A stretch of 64,000 nt of DNA, taken from NCBI GenBank assembly GCA_002269645.1, contig NIVC01001003.1:248001-312000 (forward strand). The letters run 5' to 3'. Made by a program: the position numbers and the translations under genes. This document shows, piece after piece, positions 1-11,770 of this stretch. How positions within the stretch are numbered: position 1 is the stretch's first letter; each line of letters starts with the position of its first letter. The notes beneath the pieces are model-generated. The model was not told where the DNA came from and ran no database searches. It worked only from the letters and a program-made list of their open reading frames with translations. Origin of the DNA: Macrostomum lignano. Taxonomy: Eukaryota.

Positions 1-394
1 GCAGTGTTGCATTGGCAGCGATAGTCTATGGCCAGCCCTGCTGACCGCGCCGGCAGGAGGAAAGGCTTTGCATAGCATTGGTAGCGATAGTCTATGGCCA
101 GCCCTGCTGACCGCGCCTGCAGGAAAGGCTTTGCATAGCAGAGTGTTGCATTGGCAGCGATAGTCTATGGCCAGCCCTGCTGACCACGCCAGCAGGAAAG
201 GCTTTGCATAGCAGAGGGTTGCATTGGCAGCGATAGTCTATGGCCAGCCCTGCTGACCGCGCCGGCAGGAAAGGCTTTGCATAACAGAGTTTTGCATTGG
301 CAGCGATAGTCTATGGCCAGCCCTGCTGACCGCGCCTGCAGGAAAGGCTTTGCATAGCAGAGTGTTGCATTGGCAGCGATAGTCTATGGCCAGC
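1..394. repeat. Tandem repeat, 73-bp unit, about 5.5 copies, truncated by the window edge
   Basis: Unit GCAGAGTGTTGCATTGGCAGCGATAGTCTATGGCCAGCCCTGCTGACC(G/A)CGCC(G/A)GCAGGAAAGGCTTTGCATA recurs with starts at 138 and 211. Confidence 0.92.
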
Positions 395-1134
395 TCAGCC
401 GGCGTTAGGGGAATATTTTCATATTTTTACGTTGGTGGGAGAACAGTAAAGCTCACAAATACTAGTTCGCATGTACACTAGATTGTATATAGTATGTTTG
501 GTTAAATCTTAGCGAAAACTATACATTCAATTACGTTGAAGTAGTTTCAAATCCTCATGTTTCCAATTGGTAAATTATCATCGCGTTAAAAATTAATTTT
601 TTGACCTTCATAATCTTAGATTGCGCAAAGCTTACTAATTGTAGTTTACATCTAATAGCGTGGATGCTCGTGGTATACGTGGTATTTGTATATTTTTATG
701 ACATCATGTGCCACTGATTTTGACTCTTGTAAACGTTTTTATGTCTAATGCTTGTCATATTTAAAAAATTAGTTTTAATGAAAATTAATAATCTAATCAA
801 ATGGATTTGTCTTGCCTGTCTTCAACTTTATTCTATCCGAATCATGAATTTTATATCAGTATAAATTTACTGGGAGCTATTTTCAATTTCAACCCGTTGT
901 TTGTTTGTTAAAGTCGAAATAAAAATAAAAATAGCCTTTTCATTTCTATTCATTTCCTTGACGTATTATCAATTTTCACAAACAGTTATGAAATTTAATA
1001 AGACAAAAAATGTCACATTTCCACTGCCAGTAGCTTAATGCGTTGAATAGCCAATTTTGATTTTTTAATAGTGAAAATTTTCACTTTACTACTATCAGTA
1101 GGCGTAAAGATTGCATTCCAATCTATTTATATAA

Positions 1135-4100
1135 TTGCTGGACTCCGAAGAAGCCGTCGCAGCCGGCTGTTCCGTGGCCTGCACGGCCACTCTGGAGCGC
1201 CTGGATCCGCGCCTCGGCTCCGTACAGCACAGCCGACGAATCACCGGCTGCCAGCTGACTTTGCAGCGCGACAGTCACGGCGAGCTGCGCCTGCGCCTAG
1301 CGGCCAAGACGCACTCAGCAAATTTAAGCGCTAAAGGCGTTGTCATCTTTAAGAAATTCTGGCGCGAAGGCAAATGCACGCTCCGTTTGCCCAGCGAATC
1401 CGCACAGCTGCTGCTGTCCAACTGTCCGGTTGATCGGCTGGCCGACTTTCTCAAACTGCTGTTTGTTAAGCAGCAGTGCGCTGCTAGCAGGCAGCAGCGG
1501 GCCGCTCCGCTGCGCCAGCTGCAGCAGCACCGACAGCCAGCGCTGCCGCAGGCTGAGACCGACATCAGCCCAGTGTCCGCTGCGGACTTGGCCGCCGTGC
1601 GGGCAAGGCAGGCTGCTGCTGCTGCTGCTGCCGCTGGCAGTGCGGCCTCGACCGCCACCACGCCTCAGCGGCTGCAGCGGAAGCGGCCCGCTGTCGCGCC
1701 TGCGGCATCTGCTGCCGCCACCGCCGCCATGCTGCAACTGCCGGGCTTTCGGCCGGCGGGGGGAACTCCGCCTAGCTTGAAGGTAAGGGCGCCAGCCTCC
1801 CAGATCCCCAGTTGCTGGGCCAGCCTCCCAGATCCCCAGTTGCTGGGCCAGCCTCCCAGATCCCCAGTTGCTGGGCCAGCCTCCCAGATCCTCAGTTGCT
1901 GGGCCAGCCTCCCAGATCCTCAGTTGCTGGGCCAGCCTCCCAGATCCTCAGCAAACAATCAGCCATAACCAATCCAATCCGCTCTTAGGGCCCCCGTCTC
2001 GACCTGCTGTCGTCGCCGCTGTCCGCCCCGGGCCAGCACGCGCTGACTGAGGAGCAGGCCGCGGTGCTGGACGCAGTCCGCAGCGGAGTGTCGGTGTTCT
2101 ACACCGGCTCGGCGGGCACTGGCAAGTCGGTGCTGCTGCAGCGCATCGTCGGCATGCTGCCACCTGACCGCACAGTGGTCTCCGCCAGCACCGGAGTGGC
2201 CGCCTGTCAGATCGGCGGCCAGACGCTGCACAGCTTCGCCGGCGTCGGCGACGGCTCCGGCGGTATCGAGCGCTGCGTATCCCGCGCCGCCAGCCGGCCG
2301 GCCGTGGCCGAGGCCTGGCGCCGGTGTCGCCACCTGGTCATCGATGAGATCTCCATGGTTGACGCAGAATTCTTCGATTGTCTGGACGTCGTGGCCAGGA
2401 CGCTGCGTCGCAGTCGCGAACCGTTCGGCGGCATCCAGCTGGTGCTGTGCGGCGACTTCCTGCAGCTGCCACCGGTGAAGCCTTCTGACGCCAAAGGGCG
2501 GCGCTTCGCGTTCGAGAGTAGCGCCTGGCAACGGGCGGTGAAGGTGAATTCGCTAATTCACTATAGAAATCGATTTAATGCATCAAGTAATGCCGCAATT
2601 ATGCACTTGAAGTAATCCACCTCGAAATTCGCCCCTAATCCACTCCAAAATGGCCCCTAATCCATCCAAAGAATCACTCCTAATCTACCCCAAAATGGCC
2701 CCTAATATTCCTGAAAAATCGCCCCTAATCCACCCCAGAATTGCCCCTAATACACCCCAAGAATCGCCCCTAATCCACCTAAGAATCGCCCCTAATCCAC
2801 CCAAGAATCGCCCCTATTCCACCCCAAGAATCGCCCCTAATCCACCCCAAGAATCGCCCCTAATCCACCTAAGAATCGCCCCTAATCCACCCCAAGAATT
2901 GCCCCTATTCCACCCCAAGAATCGCCCCTAATCCACCCAAGAATCGCCCTAATCCCTATAGCCCTAAATCACTCCGTCTTCACAGGCGACGCTGCAGCTC
3001 CGCCAGGTGCACCGGCAGGCGGACCGCAAGTTCGTCGACCTGCTGACTCACATTCGCTACGGTCGCTGCGAGCCCCGACACTCGGAGATGCTTCGCTCAA
3101 CTCGCCGCAATCTGGACGAATCCTCGGCCAACTCGGACAAGGACATTGTTGCTACCCAGCTGTGCACGCACAAACGACAGGTGGAAGCCATCAATCAGCA
3201 CCAGCTGCGCCTCTTGCCAACTGAGTCTGTGAATTTTGTTGCCAAGGACTCGATGCCCGCTGGTCTCAACTCGCTGCTGCCTAGCGTGCCTGAGAAAATT
3301 GAGCTCAAAATTGGAGCTCAGGTGAGATTCTTTTAGAGTCCTCTTACACTCTCTCAGAATTATATTCCTTCAGGATCTCCTGACATTCCTTCAAGATTTC
3401 CTGACATTCCTTCAGAATCTCCTGACATTCCTTCAGGATCCCTGACATTCCTTCAGGATCTCCTGACATTCCTTCAGGATCCCCTGACATTCCTTCAGGA
3501 TCTCCTGACATTCCTTCAGGATCTCCTGACATTCCTTCAGGATCTCCTGATATTCCTTCAGGATCTCCTTACATTCCTTCAGAATCTCCTGACATTCCTT
3601 CAGGATCGCCCGACATTCCTTCAGGATCTCCTGACATTCCTTCAGGATCCCCTGACATTCCTTCAGGATCTCCTGACATTCCTTCAGAATCTCCTGACAT
3701 TCCTTCAGGATCTCCTGACATTCCTTCAGGATCTCCTGACATTCCTTCAGGATCTCCTGACATTCCTTCAGGATCTCCTGACATTCTTTCACGATCTCCT
3801 GACATTCCTTCACGATATCCTGACATTCCTTCAGGATCTCCTGACATTCCTTCAGGATCTCTGACATTCCTTCAGGATCTCCTGACATTCCTTCAGGATC
3901 TCCTGACATTCCTTCAGGATCTCCTGACATTCCTTCAGGATCTCCTGACATTCCTTCAGGATCTCCTGACATTCCTTCAGGATCTCCTGACATTCCTTCA
4001 GGATCTCCTGGCATTCTTTCACGATCTCCTGACATTCCTTCAGAATGCCCTCACAAAAGCCATTCAGAATGCCCTCAGAATCCGTCATATTCCCCACCCA

Positions 4101-4554
4101 AACGCCTCCCACCACACGCCAGGTGATGCTCACCCGCAACCTGGACTTGGCCCGCGGTCTGGTGAACGGAGCCCGCGGAGTGGTGACGGGCTTCAGCTCG
4201 GAGCGGGGCAGCGGGCCCGGCTGGCCAGTTGTCCGCTTTGTCGGCGGTCACGAGCGAATCGTTGACCAGCACGAATTCGCCGCGCGAGTGGCCGGCGCCG
4301 AAATGCCGGTGATTCGGCGCCAGGTGCCGCTGCAGCTGGCCTGGGCCATCTCGGTGCACAAGTCGCAGGGCATGACTCTGGACGCCTGCCGGTTGTACGT
4401 CAGCGAGGCCTTCGAAGCCGGCCAGGTGTACGTGGCCCTGTCCCGCTGCCGCAGTCTGGAGTCGCTCAGCGTGGCCAATTGGGACGCCTCCTGCGTGAGA
4501 GCTGACGAGAGGGTGCTCAACTTTTATAGGCAGCTAAGGGAGTGCTCAGGCTGA
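1135..4554 (+). CDS. PIF1: PIF1 5'-3' DNA helicase (SF1B), 4 exons, about 656 aa; start codon unresolved
   Basis: Exons 1135-1782, 1989-2543, 2986-3321 and 4123-4554 join in phase 0 across GT-AG introns. Shows the N-terminal PIF1 domain, LTEEQAAVL..TGSAGTGKS (Walker A), LVIDEISMV, GGIQLVLCGDFLQLPPV, the signature ATQLCTHKRQVEAINQHQL, and QVPLQLAWAISVHKSQGMTL and GQVYVALSR. Confidence 0.97.
1791..1950. repeat. 28-bp minisatellite in PIF1 intron 1
   Basis: GCCAGCCTCCCAGATCC(C/T)CAGTTGCTGG, about 5.5 copies, starting 8 nt after the donor at 1783. Confidence 0.92.
2630..2960. repeat. 22-23-bp C-rich minisatellite in PIF1 intron 2
   Basis: AAGAATCGCCCCTAATCCACCCC-type units; most contain CCCTAA. 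Confidence 0.9.
3362..4080. repeat. 21-bp minisatellite filling PIF1 intron 3
   Basis: CTCCTGACATTCCTTCAGGAT tandem units; source of the spurious MSGDPEG / ILKECQE ORFs. Confidence 0.95.
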
Positions 4555-4611
4555 GGTCTCTTCAGTCTGCTTTGAGACTTGTTATAAGACATGTTGTCTC
4601 CTGTCTCATGG

Positions 4612-5020
4612 TGTGTTTTGAAGGCCTCATGGTGTGCTTTGAAGGCCTCTCGTTGTGTGTGTTTTGAAGGCCTTTCATGTTGTGTTTTGAAGGCCTTTCA
4701 TGTTGTGTTTTGAAGGCCTTTCATGTTGTGTTTTGAAGGCCTCGTGATGTGTTTTGAAGGCCTTTCATGTTGTGTTTTGAAGGCCTCGTGATGTGTTTTG
4801 AAGGCCTTTCATGTTGTGTTTTGAAGGCCTCGTGATGTGTTTTGAAGGCCTTTCATGTTGTGTTTTGAAGGCCTCGTGATGTGTTTTGAAGGCCTTTCAT
4901 GTTGTGTTTTGAAGGCCTCGTGATGTGTTTTGAAGGCCTCGTGATGTGTTTTGAAGGCCTCATTGTGTTTTGAAGGTCTCTCATTGTGTTTTGAAGGCCT
5001 CTCATGGTGTGTTTTGAAGG
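4612..5020. repeat. 21-23-bp minisatellite just 3' of PIF1
   Basis: GTGTTTTGAAGGCCTTTCATGTT and GTGTTTTGAAGGCCTCGTGAT units alternate. Confidence 0.9.
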
Positions 5021-5530
5021 TGTCTCGTTCATTCATTCATGCTATGCGCTATACATACTACTCATGCTTAAGCTTGAACAAGTACAGGTATGCTTTTACA
5101 GCAGCAGTTGTTCTGCAACATTTTTCAAAATTTTTTTACAAAATAACTTATTTTTTACTCTATTGCGCATTAAACTATTGTTGCTTCATCTACATGTATA
5201 TATTTATATGCTGTTTGCTTGTTTGCTCATTTTTATTAGTTGGCTTTTAAACTTTTTGACCGAATTAACGCATTTCGCTAATAATTTGTTTATTATGCTG
5301 TATTTATGCGAGTATTCTGCTGTAACCACACTTATACTTTAATCTACTAATGTGTTTATTGCTCAATCAATCATAACCGAAATAATACAAAATATTGTAT
5401 CTGGCTACCTAAAGTTATTATGTAAACTTTAGCTGGTTGCTTTTTACACGAAATCCTGCCTAATTTCATATGGAGACTCCGTGATTACAAAACTTATTGC
5501 TTTGAGAGGCGGCGGACTGATTGACAGGAG

Positions 5531-5532
5531 AC

Positions 5533-5615
<83 letters not shown>

Positions 5616-5664
5616 GGCAGACAGACAGACAGACAGACAGACAGACACACAGACAGACAGACAC

Positions 5665-5699
<35 letters not shown>

Positions 5700-5764
5700 C
5701 ACAGACAGACAGACACACAGACAGACAGACAGACAGACTGACTGACTGACAGACAGACAGACAC

Positions 5765-5795
<31 letters not shown>

Positions 5796-5856
5796 CACAG
5801 ACAGACAGACAGACAGACAGACTGACTGACTGACTGACTGACAGACAGACAGACAC

Positions 5857-5898
<42 letters not shown>

Positions 5899-5903
5899 TG
5901 ACA
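5531..5903. repeat. (GACA)n microsatellite with GACT/CACA variants
   Basis: Direct reading; produces the spurious QTDR / SVCL ORFs. Confidence 0.97.
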
Positions 5904-6374
5904 TACGAGCGAAATCTGACTAGCCTCAATAGTGTATTGCCAACTGTCATGCCGTGGAAAAAGCTTCCAGGAGAAGCAACAGCAGCAGCAGCTCATATTT
6001 CAATCTGTCCCAGCTGATTTGATTCCGTGATGAGTGCAACAGCCAAAAACTATCACGACAAGCTCACAGAAATTTTGATTGACGGCAGACACAAAACTGG
6101 CTTGCAGCTCCAGTCTCGGAGGAGTGGGAGATGCAGTTGCTGATTGCCAACCCAAGCATCTGCCTGCCTTGTGGTTCTCACAATCCGAGAGCTCAGCTAC
6201 CCTTCTTTAAGGCAGGGCCGCTATAGCCTCTGTCGGTCTAGAGTTGTTCATTAATTATTTAACAGCTGGATTGCTTTTCAGGTAATTTGAGCACATCCGC
6301 GTTGGCTTTTTGTTTGCCAATTGTTGTGCCGTCATTACATGCTCTGTCTAATGCCACATCTCTTCTAATTCTCT

Positions 6375-6790
6375 ATTCACCTCTCCCCTACCCTCTACTC
6401 CTCTCTCCCCTACCCTCTACTCCCCTACCCTCTACTCCCCTCTCCCCTACCCTCTACTCCCCTCTCCCCTACCCTCTACTCCCCTACCCTCTACTCCTCT
6501 CTCCCCTACCCTCTACTCCCCTACCCTCTACTCCCCTACCCTCTACTCCCCTACCCTCTACTCCCCTCTCCCCTACCCTCTACTCCTCTCTCCCCTACCC
6601 TCTACTCCCCTACCCTCTATTCCCCTCTCCCCTACCCTCTACTCTCTCCCCTACCCTCTTTTTCCCCTCTCTCCTACCCTCTATTCCCCTCTCCCCTACC
6701 CTCTTTTCCCTCTACCTCCCCTCTTCCCTACCCTCTACTCCCCTCTTTCTTACCCTCCCTCTCCTCCCCCTCTTCTACCCATCACTTTCC
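6375..6790. repeat. Polypyrimidine minisatellite (CTCTCCCCTACCCTCTACTC-like)
   Basis: Almost G-free plus strand with a recurring CCCCTACCCTCTACT core. Confidence 0.88.
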
Positions 6791-7574
6791 ATATCTCCTC
6801 CATGTACTTCTCTCTACTTTCCCCATCTCTCTTTATCTCTGTTCCTCTCTCTCCTATCCCTATTCTAACCCTCTCATCTACTATCCTTTTCTCTTCACTC
6901 AACACTCCGGCTCCCCCCATCTTGTACCCAATCAGGCTGAACTTTGTTAATGCTCCACTTCTCCCCTTCTGTGACACTGAAAGTCAACAATATATTATTA
7001 TTCTATAAATCCAAGGTAACGACAAAAAGTATAGGAGAACGCGATAGCGTCTTTGCATCCCAGCGCAGGCAAAGAGAAATAGTCGCAGAAACTTCTTTTC
7101 AGAATCGGAGTTTTTGTGTTTAAAAAGCATGGATAGCATAGGGCTGCTATACTCAGCCCAGAATGCCAGCCGCCCCCCCCCCAAAGCCCCCAGCATTGTC
7201 AAATTTTATCTGTCAGCCTCTCGCCGGTTGGCAAGGCGATATTCTCTCTCGCCATCGGGTTTTTTTGACAAAGTGAATGACGGTAGCCACCCCCCCCCCC
7301 CCTAGGACTCACCTGCTGGCCTCTGAGAGACGCTTTAAACTGGGAGAGAAAAGACAGAGACCGGGGGGGGGGGGCGGCAGAAGACAGAATAGAAAACGAG
7401 ACGAAAGCAGAGCTTTGAGCCGCAATCTCGGCAGGCAAAGAAGATTTACAAATACGAACTAGGAGAATAATTACGCACTTCGTAGTCAGGCAAAAGTTTA
7501 CGAGCTATAAATTAGTTTTAGCCTAAACAGTGTTTTCCTCATAACCTACTGAGTTACTTAACGGAACAAGAGAC

Positions 7575-7600
7575 ATGGCTGATAACCAGCAGCAACAGCA

Positions 7601-7645
<45 letters not shown>

Positions 7646-8568
7646 ACAGGAGCAGAAAAAAGACACTAAAAAAGAGGAGAAGAGAAGCAAAACCGACAAG
7701 CAGGAAGACGAGCAGTCAACCAAGACGAACAAGCAGGCCGCCGCGAAGCCGTCCAGGCGCAACAAGCTGTACCGGACGCCGCCAACACCCGACTCGGACG
7801 CGCTGTTCGAACGGGAGCGAAGCTTCGTGCTGGACTCCCGCGTGATGGCCTCCATCTCTGAGGACTACTCGCGGGCCAACCCGAAAGTTGGCTCTGTGAT
7901 TCCACCATACAATGCGCAGAAGGACAACTACGTGAAGACCTACTTTGATTTCATCGGGGTGAAGAAAACTTTGAATAAGAATAAACAGGTGAGATGTCTG
8001 TGTGTGGCGGTACTGTCAGTGGTGTCTGTAAAGTACTGTCAGATACTCTGTAAGTTCTGTAAGCTGTCTGCATGTACGCGTACTATACTATATGCATGTA
8101 AGTACAGAGCCGATAATTCTATGTAGTTAGTACCTGTAAAGTACATCAAGAACTTCTGCTTTCGCCTCAGAACCCGCCGGGCACCTGCGTCGAAGGCCCA
8201 GCAATGGAGCGCTTCTTCACGTCTGGCCACGGCAAGCAGTACCTGACTCCGAGGAACGAGAGGCAGGGAAACGGTAAATCGAGAATCCAACTAATTAGAT
8301 TTTGCTTTATGCTACTAATAGTAGAGCAAAATAGATTTTAATGAATTCCACCATCTACATGTACAAAATACTTTCAGGCTACTCCAACGAGCAGCGAATG
8401 GGCCACGGCAAGCTGTGGCGCCACCCGAACCCCGAGATAGCGCAGTACGAGCGCCAGCCGCCGGAATTCCAGGGCTACAACGGTCGCTTCGGCTATCGGC
8501 GGACAACGCCGCGACTTCGACAGGAGCCGTCGCCGTTCGGCGTCAACACGGAGACGCCGATCTACTGA
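7575..8568 (+). CDS. SPMAP1: C17orf98/SPMAP1-like (DUF4542) sperm/ciliary microtubule-associated protein, 3 exons, about 235 aa, with N-terminal polyQ
   Basis: Exons 7575-7988, 8171-8273 and 8378-8568 join in frame (phases 0 and 1). Motifs ERSFVLD..S..Y....PK..S.IPPYNAQ.D and GYNGRFGYRRTTPRLRQ match my recollection of human C17orf98. Confidence 0.85.
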
Positions 8569-8964
8569 TGCACACAATATATTTGGAAATCGCCGGAGTG
8601 CTGTTGAATAGCTAGAGCGGAGAATTTTGTACTGATAATATGCGAAATATACCACCAAGAGTAGACTAGAAGCGACACCTATATGATGTGCATGTCTGCA
8701 CTGACTGCACTGCGCCTAGATAAAAATTAAATATAAAAAAGCCATTCGGATTTCAAATCAGATTTTTTGATAATACGCTCGTATATATATATTACTAGAG
8801 AACAAACTTCTTGTGAATATACTCCTTCAACTGCGTAAATTTTTACAAAAAAACTGTTTTGCTTGTTAATTTCTTTGCTAGAGAGCGAAAAGCGATAAGC
8901 TCGCTAGCAATCCCTCACTTGTTACCACAGACTATTTTGTTATTGAATTAATCAATATTGTAGC

Positions 8965-9631
8965 CAAGGACAACGTAAGTAGAAGGACGCAACACTCGAA
9001 ATCTATGGTAAATGCTTTGAAGGCAACTTTTCACCGAAAAATACGCTACAGAGATAGGAAATTTCACGGTTTTCAACACTAAAACAGTGACTGAGTCTCT
9101 TAACAGTGTCAGAGAAAGTTCTAATCACACTATTTTGTGCCTCACATGCTGCTCTAACGACGCATTAATCGGTTTTTCATGTTAAATTGGTCTGTCACTT
9201 GAAAAAACTTTTAAAATAATGACAAGACCGATTTAACATGAAAAATCGATTATTGCGTCGTTAGAGCAGCATGTGAGGCACAAAATAGTGTGATTAGAAC
9301 TTTCTCTGACACTGTTAAGAGACCCAATCACTGTTTTAGTGCTGAAAATCGTGAGATTTCCTATCACCGTAGTGAATTTTTCCGGTGAAACCTGCCTTTA
9401 AAACTATTTCTGAACAAAAAGCTTTATGAATATCGATAGAGCAATAAGAAAGGCACAACATATCAGAAGATGAACACTGGATCTGCCTCCTATCAAAAGC
9501 AATAACAATTTTCGTGCTGAAAAAATTAAAACCTCCCATCTCTGTAGTGTATTTTTCGGCGAAAAGTTGCCTTCAAAACATTTACCATTGATTTCGAGTG
9601 TTGCGTCCAATATGTACTTGAGTAGTCCTTG
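8965..9631. mobile_element. Non-autonomous palindromic TIR element with 8-bp TSD (P or hAT superfamily)
   Basis: Ends CAAGGAC...GTCCTTG flanked by ATTGTAGC at 8957-8964 and 9632-9639. Outer inverted repeat about 8985-9065 / 9530-9608; inner long palindrome about 9014-9197 / 9220-9404. Confidence 0.8.
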
Positions 9632-10102
9632 ATTGTAGCGTATACGATGCTTGGCCTTTCTGCCTGGCAGGCCAATGTCTGCGCCTGCATGGTAAATGCT
9701 TCTACTTTCGTCTATGGTCAAAACACCGTCTATGGTCCGTGGCACGACAATATCAGTTAAATTTTACTTTTAGTTATCAAGTGCAGCTTGGTTTGTTCAC
9801 ACACTGTGCTTCCTGCCCCGCTGCTCAATTGGCCCGTGAAACACATCTGATTGCAAGCACTGACAGTTTATTCACAGTTGCAGTTGCAGACTTGTCCGGT
9901 ATGTTTGCTTTCTGCGTCACATAAGTCACATTTTTTTGTCAAAATAAGGTTTCGAGTTCAAAGTCTGAATTCAACTGCTCGATGTCTGAAATTCAATATA
10001 CCCTCTCCATACACGGTTTTGTCCATAGACAGACAGTCGTGACGGAATGGTTTGGCATCTTAAATTGAATGCTCGACTTCTTAAATAAGATGAAAAGTGA
10101 AT

Positions 10103-10418
10103 GGGGGCCGTATCCCATGCAGTGGTCTAGCGAGGCGCTCTGATGTACCAGCGGCCCAGGCTCGATTCCAAGTGCAGCCACATTAATCTGGGCTAATTTG
10201 GCATCTCGGCTTGGCTCTGCTCGTGCAATTAAGGGCCTTGAGGCCCAACCCCTTGAGGCCGCTGTACACTCCTGTGTGAGTGTGCCTGTGCGTATGACCG
10301 TGTACGTATCTGCGCGCTTGTGTGCCTGCTCAGGGGTCTGGGCGGAATGGGCAACAATTCCTCCCGCAGGTTGTGTGACAATGTCGCTTAAAGTGCGCCA
10401 GCCCTCTGTCTCTATAAT
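10103..10418 (+). mobile_element. tRNA-derived SINE, copy 1
   Basis: tRNA-like head with B box GGCTCGATTCC; body collinear with 44735-45093, e.g. GGCCGCTGTACACTCCTGTGTGAGTGT and ATGTCGCTTAAAGTGCGCCAG. Confidence 0.75.
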
Positions 10419-10769
10419 ATATATGGTAAGTGACAGTCCTTGCCGTTTTATTGTGTGCTGAAATGGATTTCGCCTGCAGGCTTGCTTCAATGTGTCAATG
10501 AGAATGAGCAACAGTAAAAGTATTGACATATTGGCTCACGCAGCCATTGACCAAAATCAATGAGTTCAATAAGTTCATCAAATGCTATTTATCGATAATA
10601 GAAAACCTTTCTGAGTAGTGTAAGATTATCAATCAATCAATCAATATTTATTGTCTGTTCTAAAGCATAAACAACAATAGACAATAGTATGAACTGTATA
10701 AAATAATAATTAAATTTATTGACTACACAGCTGGGAAGTAAAATTATTTACCAAGAAGATAATGATAAC

Positions 10770-10972
10770 TCCAGAATCTCACTTTATAACCCCGGAATCT
10801 CACTCTATGACTCCGGAATCTCACTCTATGACCCTGGAATCTCACTCTATGACTCCGGAATCTCACTCTATGACCCTGGAATCTCACTCTATGACCCTGG
10901 AATCTCACTCTGTGACCCTGGAATCTCACTGTGACCCTGGAATCTCACTCTATGACCCTGGAATCTCATGCA
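10770..10972. repeat. 21-bp minisatellite
   Basis: GGAATCTCACTCTATGAC(C/T)C(T/C) units, about 9 copies. Confidence 0.9.
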
Positions 10973-11439
10973 AATCACTTTTATGACTCAGTCTTGTCAC
11001 ATTATAGAAATCTTTGCTAGAAAAAAGTTCTGATAAAATCATAATTCAGAAAATTCTGTAATAGCATGACATAAGAAGCCGAGTAATTAATTAATTACTG
11101 AATAAGTAAATCTGAAAAATGAAAACTGAAGAGTTCAGCACAGAACAGCACATTTTATAGTTTATAAAACTATATTGTTCTAAAAAATATAGTCACAGAC
11201 AAAATAAACAGTATATAAAATGAAACGAAAAAATGAATACAAATCGTTAAAACTTGGATAAATTCTTCATTAAAAAACTTAAGTAGCACCATTAGTAGAA
11301 TATGTAGCACACTGTTAGTGAATTTCTTTTTGTAAATGACAAATAAAAAGTTTTTACTGGAATCAATAGTCAATAATCTGTAGTGAATATTAAGCTGGTG
11401 GAAGACAAAATAAAGGAAATGGGGTAGCCTTATAAGAGG

Positions 11440-11590
11440 CACCATTTGATTTTTAAAGGGCGCCATTTCATTTTTAAAGGGCGCCATTTCATTTTAAAGG
11501 GCGCCATTTCATTTTAAAGGGCCCCATTTTAGTTTAAAGGGCCCCATTTCAGTTTAAAGGGCGCCATTTCATTTTTATGGGGCTCCATTT
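11440..11590. repeat. 20-21-bp minisatellite downstream of Abi
   Basis: GCGCCATTTCATTTTAAAGG units. Confidence 0.85.
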
Positions 11591-11770
11591 CATTCTAAAG
11601 GGACCCATTGTATTTTTAAGCAGCTTCGTACTAACCGCGGCCAGCTCTGCTTAACCCACTCAGCTACGTAGGATGTGGGTATTCCATAGGTAAAAGGCGG
11701 GAGTAAATCTGACTTTATTTTTCATAAACTAACGCCTCGTCATCTAATTAGCGATAGCTGCCGCAGCGCG

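Noticed and set aside
1-394. 73-bp repeat as a possible hammerhead-ribozyme satellite (CTGA...GAAA present)
   Set aside because: The core is CTGACCG, not CUGANGA, and the required stems and cleavage triplet are not arranged correctly.
3344-4139. Long minus-strand ORFs (MSGDPEG / ILKECQE) resembling coiled-coil proteins
   Set aside because: They are translations of the 21-bp intron minisatellite of PIF1; a unit length divisible by 3 keeps frames open.
5440-6240. Possible coding fragments on both sides of the first (GACA)n tract
   Set aside because: Short frames with stops, no recognisable motif, and no consistent splice chain.
10120-10185. Possible tRNA gene
   Set aside because: Stems are imperfect and it is attached to a body shared with 44735-45093, so it is treated as a SINE head.
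11610-11690. Minus-strand tRNA-like segment (GTAGCTGAGTGGGTTAAGC)
   Set aside because: A-box-like only; no B box or cloverleaf, so at most a decayed SINE head.
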